Origin: Paragordius varius
Lineage: Eukaryota > Animalia > Nematomorpha
Reading direction: 5' to 3'
NCBI GenBank assembly: GCA_964247055.1
Contig: OZ176054.1
Coordinates: forward strand, 3,286,001-3,350,000
Length of the DNA stretch: 64,000 nt
This document shows positions 26,770 through 37,751 of the stretch, piece by piece. Positions within the stretch are counted from its first letter, which is position 1. Each line of letters begins with the position of its first letter. The notes below the pieces were generated by a model. That model was not told the origin of the DNA. It made no database searches and was given only the letters and a program-made list of their open reading frames with translations. A program made the position numbers and the translations under genes.

Positions 26770-28130
26770 TTATTAAATACAAAATAAATAACTTCTACGT
26801 TCCATGGAAACATTAAGAAATTTTTTGGTTTGAATTATAAAATGTAGTCTACAATATAATAACTATATCAGCTACTCAATTTTTATAGATAAAGCGTCTG
26901 TTGAAGGAAGATTAGAAATAGTAATTTCTGAATGCAATATTTTTGGACCTTAAAAACGATTTAATGAATGCAGTATTATATTTTTCACAATTATTTTGAT
27001 TGGACTTTGTGAATTGTAATGTTTGTTAAGTCTGAAAAATAATGACAATCTTGATTTGAGATTCATACTTTTATGTAGAAGAGGGAATTCGCTTTTGCAA
27101 ACAAATCCCTATAAGTAAAAATATAGGAGACGAACTAAATACTACTAATCAATTAAAGTGGTTACAAAACCACTATAATATTTAAAACTCAGTTCTAGTT
27201 TAACATTTTCGATTTGGTCATAGCCCTATCTATAAATTTTAAAATATTATTTTATGGTAAAGTAGGTTTTTACTTCTCGTATTAAAAATATTAGTTTTAT
27301 ATCAGTTTTCAGGAAGATGTTTCGGCCCACTTTAATTTAAGATCTTTATAATATTTGCCCTGTCTTTAGCCCCACTTAGTAATCATATAATTAATCGCAA
27401 AATTACATGAATTCATATATCGAAACCGCAAAATTAGGAGGTCTTAAGAAATATATCTTGGAACTTTTGAGAAATTGTCATTCTTAATGAGGAATTTTTG
27501 TTGAGTTCTATTTTGTAGCTCTAGTTTTCGACATATTAACACAAAAAATTTGTTTTGAGGCCATTTTTTGAAAAGCGTTTACCGCCATTTAAAGCCGCTA
27601 TAATCCAAGTGTGTCATTTATGAATACGCCGATCTCTTTTTTCGATTGGTCCTTGTGGTAAGCGCACCAAAAAATAAGGCTTTTTAAAAAATTGCAAAAG
27701 CCATGGTTTTTAACTTTGCAGGCCTATTTATAATCAAGAATAACATGCTAAACAAACTCTCCAAAATCAGGGCTTTGAAATTATGTAACTCCCCTAAAAT
27801 CTTACTATAATACCAAAATTTTTCTTACAATACTTTAAGGTTAACAAGAAGTTATATTATAAAAGATAAAACCATCAGATAATCACTCATATATGGTATC
27901 ATTTTAATACCAAAGAAAATATTTAATCAAATTTATTTCAATCGTTTATGCAATGCGTGACATAGCCCAGTGTGTAAGAATTAAAAATTATTTAAATACA
28001 TTAAAATTTTGTTTGTAAACCTTGATACAAAGGATTATTTGATTATATTTGAATCATTAAGAAAAAAGATGTGTGTGCATAATATTAAAATGACAAACAC
28101 CATGTATTTGACGAAATTGCTTACGCTATT

Positions 28131-30533
28131 CTATTTAGATAATTTTGAGCTTAGATAATCTGGTAGCAATTTAGTTAGCATCCAATAGTAACTCCAAGTG
28201 CCAGCTTTTTTACATTCATCATTTGCGTCATCGACGGATGTAAAAACATTTTTGAACTTTTCCTCAAATGTTTTCACGGAGTATTGACCCACTGGTAAGA
28301 GTTGACTCTCAAGCGTTTCCGCATACGAAATCGAGATTTGTGGTTCTACGCTGCTGGTATCAGGATTTGTTTTTTCTATAACAACGTGAGCCCCGTAGCC
28401 CGGTTGGGCCAAACACGGTTTGTGGAAAGCATGTAAAAGTGCACAGATTGAATGACTATGGGCACCTAATCCAATAACTTTACCGGATAACGTGTTGTCC
28501 GCAGCTGTAAAAATATCTCTAAGCTGGCTAAGTAGTAAACCTTGAAGATTTTTTTGTAGCTTTTGATTACCCTGTAAAGCGTAGAAAAACGCATTATTCA
28601 AAATTAGATAAAGACTTTGAGTTATTTTACAATCAGCGGCCCAAGCTGGAAGAGTGAGTGTTGAATCTTCGACATATTGCTTTAATTCATTTGTCTCATG
28701 AATCTCCTCGTCCATATTAAAATATTCTGATGTTGGATTGCTAAGTTTTGATCTTTTAATCAAAGAATCTAGCGCATTTATATTTTGTATGAGATAAATT
28801 AGTTCAATCATGTCCACCACATTTTCAGCCGAAAATTTTCCACCTTTGACCTTTTCCCATGTTGCTTGAATGTTTGTTTCATATTTGGTCAAAAGATTTT
28901 TGAAACCTTGAGCTTGTATCAAATTGTTTGCTATATCTAATTGATAATTTCCACAAGTAATTGCCGGATTCAAGTAGAGATCAGTATTGGTATCTTGTGT
29001 TATTAGCTTTGCAGCATTTTCTTTGGATCTCACATGTTCAAGAAATTCCGTTCTATCCCCAGCAACTCCTTGATTTGGAAGGAGCCCATATCTAAAGGCC
29101 AAAGCTGATTCCGTGTTACTTGAATGTGGACTAGAATACAAAATAATGTCGTTTTCATTCAAACTCTTTGCATTATTTGATAAATAATGACTTCGAATAC
29201 GTCGACCCAATCGTCGTAACTGATAGCAACCATGATTAGTCAGTAATGCTGGACCATCTGGATAAATCTTTTTGAGGTTTTCCAAGCCCTTAGTTTCATG
29301 ATCCAAAGATGTCTCACCGTGTCTGAATAATACAATCGTTGTATCTAAACATATCATCAATATATATTCGCATAAATGCATAAATCCCCAACACAACTTA
29401 GATTTTATGATTTAAGGCGACGCCGCCCTATGAGACATTACGTGCGGTACGCGAAAAATTTGCTGAAATATGTTCACAAAATCTTACTAAAATTGGTATT
29501 TTAATATATCAATTCAAATGACAGCGAACTGCAAAGTTTTATTGTCTGTGAATTTTAAATTCTTATGTTCGTTGAAATCTAATAAATTTATAAATGTACA
29601 TGTATATTTCAAATGCGCGCCTAAATATTTGAGTTTAAAATGCGACTCGCGAAGCCATTTGTGTTGGACACCCTTGATTGAGAGGCGTACCATTTTTACT
29701 TTGCAAGAGTAAAATTATGTTAAAATTTGTCATCTATTATTTTTTAAAATTTAACTTCTGAAAACAGATAATACCACACTAAAATATAAAATAAAACGGA
29801 ATCATCGTTATCTATTTCTACTCAAATATATTTTTAATCAATTTTTTTTATATTTTTCAAAATATCATTTTGAACCTGACTATATTTTAATAATATAAAA
29901 ACTTTTTTAACTGTTGTATTAAACTAAAATTTTATATTTGACATATATTAAAGCAAGGCAAGAAAAGCACATTTCATTTTAAAATGGATTAAAAAGTAGA
30001 TCATTTTAAAATAAATCGTACGAATTGTACTAACAAACTAAATCGCCTAAAAATGATTTCGGCCTAAACTTGGTATCATGATTTGGCAGGATTCATTCAT
30101 AAACAAAATTTCATTGAACATTTAATTGCAGTAGATATTTAAAGTATACAGTCTTAACCTAAAAAATAATGACAAATATATTCTTTCAAACGACAACCAT
30201 ACTTTTATAGACCTTATTTTTCCTATATTGTAAAATATAAATTGATTGTTACCAATTCACATCATTATTTCATACTTTGCAGTTTAAAACAATGAGTGTG
30301 ATATTTGAAAAAAATCAATTTTAAAAAGTATACCGAATTTTTTAAAAAAAACGTTTATATTTTTGCATTTTGTCTGTATAATTTCAATTTTTACTGTAAA
30401 AGTTCAATTCCAAGGATTCGATAACAAAATAGTATAACACATTTAATATAATAAATGCTTTATTACCTTTCTTTGTCTGAACCTGTGCTACTATCGCAAT
30501 CAAGAAGATATTGAAAATAAATAACGGCGTCAT
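28131..30533 (-). CDS. Secreted histidine acid phosphatase-like protein, paralog B (catalytic residues substituted)
   Basis: Exon 1 30533-30467 (67 nt, MTPLFIFNIFLIAIVAQVQTKK, signal peptide) splices in phase 1 to exon 2 29344-28131. Colinear with paralog A, but the motifs read RHGETS, SSPHSS and HS. Confidence 0.85.
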
Positions 30534-32145
30534 AAAAAATTTTTTGTTAATAGTAATTGAAAAATTAAAAGTGATTTTAAGATGAACAAATTACCATGTT
30601 TTATATCATTCGATTAAACAAGACGTTACGGCCCCATTAAGCCTCTAACGGCCTAAAAATACATTAAATATTTATTTAATGAATCTAAAATTAGGTCGAT
30701 TGCATGGTATTGCATATAAAAATAAATTTAATTAAATATCTATTTTAATATCACCAAGCAAGTTTAATTACGTGATACGTTTTATCCAAAATTTCATTTT
30801 AGAACAAATATAAAATAAAGGACATTTGAAGGTTAAACATAGGATGGTATAATTGCATCATTTAAATTATAATTGAGCTAACGTAATATTAAATCATTTG
30901 ATAGCTTTATATCGAACGGATGATTTGTAGGTAGAGAGGGGTGTGGCCGGATTTAACAATGACCCTGACCGTTTATAAAAATAACCACCATCCCATAAAA
31001 ATTTTAAACATATGTTTAAGTGAAGGAAATAAAATAACGGTATAAAACCTAAAGTTAATTTAGTGTAAAAAATGTTTGATTTTAAAATTTAATCGAATTT
31101 GCCATTTAAAAAGATATTTAAAACTATGATTGTAACCGATTTAAACGATTAATATTGTTTTGTCTGGCTAAGTTACAGCATATTTATAATGATGACTTAT
31201 GGTTTGTTGGTAGAGTATAATATCGGTCCTTACAAAGGATTATTTAAGTGATTTTATTAAATGGTAGTGGTAATATAATTTATGATGTAAATTGACAATT
31301 CATAGTATTAATTTTTACAATGGATTTTGGGGATCCATATTTTGCCAATTATTTTTTATTTGTGAAACTATTTGTTTTCAATCGATGGATTTTTCCTGTA
31401 GTTGAGACTGGTTTTGCGTTTGAATTCTTGACTCTTTTATTCAAATTAAACCATGCAAATGACAAGCTAAATTGTTCGCTAGCGTTCCTAATTCAACAAG
31501 AATTTTATGTTTTAAGTATATACGAAGAAATGATAAAATAGTTTATAGGTATAAAATATAAAAGACATCCGGTAATCTAATATAGAGAAACAATAATTTT
31601 AAGACCAATCGTCAAATAGATATCCATATGATATCATAGGTTACGTAAAAATTTATTAATGATATTTAATCAAAAAACTGTTCATACAAATATATATATA
31701 TATATATATATATATTCATCTCAGTGCTTGAAATTTTCTTTAAGTGTAATTATGAGGAAAATGTACTTTTATGGTTAAAAACCACTTGATAACATTTTTT
31801 ATTCAAATCTTACACTTAAGTCAAAAATAATTAATGCATCCATAATTTTGTTTTATTGAATTACTATTAAAAATTTAAAGGATCAATTGTTAAATTTGTT
31901 TTGAAAGCTATTTTTTACAGGAATTTAGAGATATTGAATCTAGAATTTTCAATTCTTAGGACAGTTTTTAGTTCAAATTTGACATTTATTTTAAATTATT
32001 TATATACTAAATCAATAATTTAATAAAAATATATTAAAAAATTATATTATTAGAATATACCAAAACGATGATTTACAACTCAATCAAATTAGGGATTTAT
32101 TATCAAATATAAATTAAATATTTATCACATATAAATATGTTTGCA

Positions 32146-34137
32146 TCAGTCCTTTTTTATCAATGCCAATATACTAAAACGATATTCATCCGTAGCATTA
32201 TTTGATTCTTCCAAATTTTTAGATTGCAGACTTTTGATTAATTTATTTAATGATTGAGCTCCAACCTAAAAATTAAAAAAATATTGAAATAAAATTTTTA
32301 AACGCATTTATATCCGAATACCGAATTAATATATATATATATATATATATATAATTTACTATGGGAAATCTGTCATCATGCTTTAATGTTGCAATCGATA
32401 TTGGTGTTTCATATCTTCCATCTATCGATTTATTCAAAATAATAATTCAAAAATAGCGATTATGAAATGAAAGACAGTATATACCTTTTTTTGTGCAGAC
32501 TATTTTTATGATTTTACCAATTTTTATCTTTTATTGCAGTTTTATGCGATCAAAACTAATTTAAATAATCCATTTATATATGTGTTTTTTTATTTATCTA
32601 TGACCAATGATATTTATTATTTTCGGAAAAAAATATACTTTTTTGTTAAGTTTTTTATATATGAAACCGTATGAAATTCGGATATATATATAATAACCGC
32701 TAAGAGCTTATAAATATTTTAAGATAATACCCAACAAATAAATGGAAGAATTAATGGGAACCAAGGCTACGAAATGCAAATCTATCGGTTCATTGGGTTC
32801 TGGAATCTAAAAAATAAACACAAATGAATTGAATACTCCTTTACTTGCAAAGGTAAACTATAATATAGACTCTAAAATGAGAAAATTTATATTTCTTTAT
32901 TATTACTCAAACTAACTAATATCAAATTTGTACAATCTGCCACACATTCTATATAATTAAAAAAGGGCAATGGGTAAAATTTAAGATATTAATATTTATA
33001 GTGTTTTAAAAATACAAAAATTAAAAGTCAAAATGATATGTTTTGGCCATAATTTAAGAAAATAAATTTATTAAATAATGTTATTAGCAACCTTGTAGAT
33101 TCCTCCATGTGTTTGGACAAAAAATATGCCTTTAAATTGATTTACTTTTTCATATATCACAAGGAGTTAATTGTTTTAATTTTTGTTTTTTAAAATATTA
33201 AACTAAAAATTTATTTGAAGGGCTATGATACGGATGGTCAGCCCAATATTATCTTGAGGTCCTTATAAAAAGTACAGGTAAGTGAATATAATTATATGAA
33301 AAAACGTACATTGGTTTCTCCATTTGCAGCATTTTGAGCATGTTGAGTTTTCAGTGCATCACATTTTTCGAGATAATTTGCTCGATCATCTGGGCTCATA
33401 TCTTTGGTATCTCGATATATTTGATCCAAAACACAACTATTTTCTGTTAGTAGAATGGTTTATATAGTTAAATTTTAATTAAATATGTCAAGCAAGGTAA
33501 AAAATTAAATGGATTCATAAAAAAATAGGCTGTTTTCATTTCTGCAAACACAATCACATATGGACTAAAATACGGGGTTAAGATAATCTTAAACCCAGCT
33601 TAAAAAGACAATTATGTAGATAAAAAGAGAATTATAAAAATAGTTATTTTAAACATGGAGTTCTTCATAGAATATACTTTGTTTACTTTAAACATCGCAT
33701 TATATCATTAAACTCTATTATAAAATATAACCTAATGTAATTTCCTTAACATTGAAAAGAGTATGTAATACAGCCATAGTTCCGCATGAATTTGGAATGG
33801 TTTGTTTTGAGAACCAAATCTCAGCGGAGTTTTTTAGAGATGAATTATTAGGAATATCAATACTCTAAAATAAGAACAACAACCGATACTTTATTAACTG
33901 GATATAAAAAAATGTAGGCGCCAATTTTATTGGCTAAAATATCTATGTAATCTTCGTCCAATGACCAAATATCGATGAATTCCCAATCATTTTTAACACC
34001 AAGTGAATATATATACTTGAATTAGAATAAGTAAAAACTTACTTGATTTAAAACCTAATAAATTTTATCAAAGAAAAAACTTCAGGATTGGACTCCAAAG
34101 GAATCCATGAGGTTTTGCCGTTTTCAGCTGAGAACAT
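32146..34137 (-). CDS. UCHL3: Ubiquitin C-terminal hydrolase, peptidase C12 (UCH-L3/L1-like)
   Basis: Exons 34137-34081 (WIPLESNPE), 34054-34043 (VLNQ), 34015-33890, 33864-33732 (KQTIPNSCGT, catalytic Cys), 33443-33310, 32806-32731 (LHFVAL, His), 32421-32360 (DGR, Asp) and 32265-32146 join into one open frame. Confidence 0.92.
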
Positions 34138-34180
34138 CGATAGATACCGCAAGGTTAAATGAATGCAAGTTTTAAAAAGT

Positions 34181-35306
34181 ATGAGTCACGGTGAATCTCA
34201 ATGGTAAAATATTGGTTTATGCTAAAAATTAGTTCGCCTTTTGCGTTTACAGGCCCAAGGCCCGATCCTAAATTTGGTCCTAAAGCATGCTTATATTGTA
34301 GGCGGTCTTCTCAACCAATTACGTTAGTTTTTTATATATATTTTACCCGATAGCGAAATCCCAGACGCCTCAACTCACATTCTTAAATGGGAATCTCCTC
34401 CTAAAAATGTTCTAGTCATTAAGAAAATTGGTGATCCGTCCCTTAATGAACAGTTTGTTCAAGTTGTTTCATATCTTATCAAGGTATTTTAGTTTATAAA
34501 CAAATTTGTTTTGTCTGGTTTAATATGTTCTTTGATTTTATGAGACTTTATAAAGATTTTTTAAAATGATGTAATTTTGTATAAAATGCCTACCTTAAAC
34601 AGCCTATAAACTAACATATTGATCACCAAGAACCTTTTTAAATTATACTCTGATATAAGTCCTATCGTTTAAAATTGGAATTTACTTCCAACAAACTTAG
34701 TAGTTTGGGATTATAGATCACAAAATCAATTATTTAATCACTTTTTTAAAAAATTGGGTCATAATTTATAAAATAAGCCACTTTTTTTTCAGAGAAGGTT
34801 CATATATATATAAAAAGCCAATTTGCAATAAGAAATATATTTTTTTGCAGAAATATGACATGGAAGTATTTGTAGAGCATACAGTGATGAACGATTTAAC
34901 CGTCCAAAAATTAATTGATGGTTGTCGATCTAAAATTCAAACTTATCATATGGGTAATTTAGATAAATTATTTTACCAATATAAAGTTTCTCAGTGGATC
35001 TTTATTATGAAATTATTTATATTGCATAGACAAATGTAATCTCAATAACCGGGTTGATTTTGTGATTTGCTTGGGAGGGGACGGTACACTTTTATATGCT
35101 TCATCCATATTTCAGGTATAGTTTTTCATATAAATACTTTATTATCCCAAATAATTTTATTTAATGGCGCAAAGGTTTCTAATTACTTAATAAATTGCTT
35201 ATATTTAATTATAAGCCAAATATTTAGCTAAACCAATTATAAATATACTAGGGAAAAAACATTTGATATTTTAAAAAAACTATGAATAATCTATTGTGAT
35301 ATATAC

Positions 35307-35341
<35 letters not shown>

Positions 35342-37032
35342 AAAGTATCCCACCTGTTATGGCCTTTCACTTGGGCAGTTTGGGATTTTTGGCTCCCTTC
35401 TGTTTTTCGGAATATCAAACACGGATTGATGATGTAATCAAAGGTAAGACTTTATTAGCATATAAATTTTAAGGTCAATGCAGTATGGTACTTAGAAGTC
35501 GACTTAAATCAGTTTTTGAATTCAACAAAAACAGCAAACCTACTGAAACTGTGCAAGTTTATTTTACTTTTGTTTTTTATAACTCTATAGTCATTTTATT
35601 ATGTTACCTATTTTTTATTATTGGTTGATTTTTAGGTTCTGAATGAAGTTGTGGTCGATCGTGGTATAAGTGCCTACCTTTCAGCCATTGAACTTTACAT
35701 TGAGAATGAGCTTATAACTATAGTACAAGGCGATGGTAATATATTTTGAATTCTACACATTTTAAAAGGGTCGAGATCTTAAAATTAAACCAAAAATTAT
35801 ATTCTTGAAACAATTCGTCAATCTTATATAATTTTACATGGAAATGTAAATTATGAAATATTTTGCTGCCACCGATTCTTGAATTGAAAACACGCCATTT
35901 GAATAATAATTTAATTGGAATTTCGAAATATCAATTATAATTATTTAGGAAAGCACTCTTGCTTATAAAGTTGATGGATGTTTACTTCATTAATTATTAA
36001 TGCAATTTAAGTCTTTAATTAGATAAAGTCAAAAAGATTCTATAATATTTATTTTTTTTGAAAATTTTTTTAGGTATAATTATTGCGACACCAACGGGTA
36101 GTACTGCATATGCCTGTGCAGCTGGCAGTTCAATGGTTCACCCCGGACTCCCCGCCATGATTATAACACCAATTTGTCCGCATTCTCTTAGTTTTAGACC
36201 CATAGTTATTCCGGCAGGGTGTGAAGTTATGGTATGGGATATATTTTATATTTGATGAGAGGGGGACCCTAATAATTTTCGCAAAATTTCCCATTTTTGC
36301 CATTTTGGCTAAATATAAAAAAGTGGATGTGATAGTTTTTAAAAATTAATAAATTTATACAAAACATTTTTTCCATGAGAATAAGAATTGTGGATACCAG
36401 ATCTAATCATATTAAGTTTTTTGTCGTAATTTTATACAATATACGTTTTTCTTGTAGATAAAATTGACGCCTGTTGCTAGAAGTTCCGCTTGGGTAGCTT
36501 TTGATGGACGAAATAAACATGAAATTAATGTGGGTGATGTGTAAGTTTCTCTTGCATATTTTACTAATTTTATAAATAATTTTTACACCCCGATATTGTG
36601 CGTTTTTGAAATATACATATAATAATTCTTTGTTTTTGTTGTTTTATATCGGTGTTTTTAACCATTTTTTATTATTAATTAAAAAAGACCATTTATATGA
36701 CTTTCTTTGATTGCTATTTAATATTTTAAACGTTATTTATTTTTAAATAAATTAATTTCAATTAATATCCTTCAATCCAATATCATTTGCCTCATATTTA
36801 TAATTTTTACACTTACTAAAAATTTGGTTATAGTTTGCGAATAACGACGTCAATATATCCTATGCCCTCGGTATGTTTTCACAATCAAATATCTGATTGG
36901 TTTATGGCTTTAAAGAAAAGTTTGCATTGGAATGAACGCGTCGTGCAGAAAGAATTAAAGCGCACCAACAGTTTGGATAAAAAGGAAAAAGAAATTGAAG
37001 ATTTAAAAGATGCCAGCATTAGCAAAAATTGA
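34181..37032 (+). CDS. NADK: NAD+ kinase (cytosolic type)
   Basis: Exons 34181-34203, 34233-34322 (FGPKAC), 34354-34483, 34851-34953, 35030-35115 (LGGDGT), 35341-35443 (FHLGSLGFL), 35474-35556, 35636-35735 (VLNEVV...QGDG), 36074-36231 (ATPTGSTAY), 36458-36540 and 36834-37032 join in frame. Confidence 0.95.
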
Positions 37033-37751
37033 TTGATTCTTATTTAAATTTTAGCAACTTCTTTTATTATAATGACGACAATACATAACTCAGGAAATAT
37101 AATTTTTAATTTTACAACTGTGATATATCTAGTTTTAAATTTCTTGTTATCATTGTTAATACCGTATATTGTCTAAAGTCTTGTAGCAATTACAACAAAA
37201 ATTATTTAAATTATATTTTTAATAAATATTGTAAATAAACTTAATAATTTATCAGATGTTTAATAAATATAAATATATTTTATTAAACATAATGATTAAA
37301 TTTTTGAAAAATTGGTCTATCTCTTTATTTTAGGCCGAAAATACAAAAATTTTTTAAAAAAACCCGCCTAGCAAAATATAGTTATTTATTTTTAAATCAG
37401 ATGTTTATTTTTAATCTTTGATGTTAAATATTCATTTTTCAATGATACCTTTTAGCACTTTATATTATTAAAAATTTTAGTTAGTAGAAGATAATTTAGT
37501 AACAATTGTAACTCACAAAATTATTTGCGGAATAAATATTATAAACATTTCGTTACTAGTGTATAGTGCTCAACTTTACCTAATTGTAGGCATACACCCA
37601 TTAGTTTACATCATTTTATAAAAATTAATTTAAAGTTTAAATGTATATTGGTAGTAAAATTAACTCAATATAATTCTAAATGGGTTGTATCTAAAACATA
37701 TACCGTTTCTAAAATAATTGCATATTTACTATACTTTTCAGTGTTAGTACA

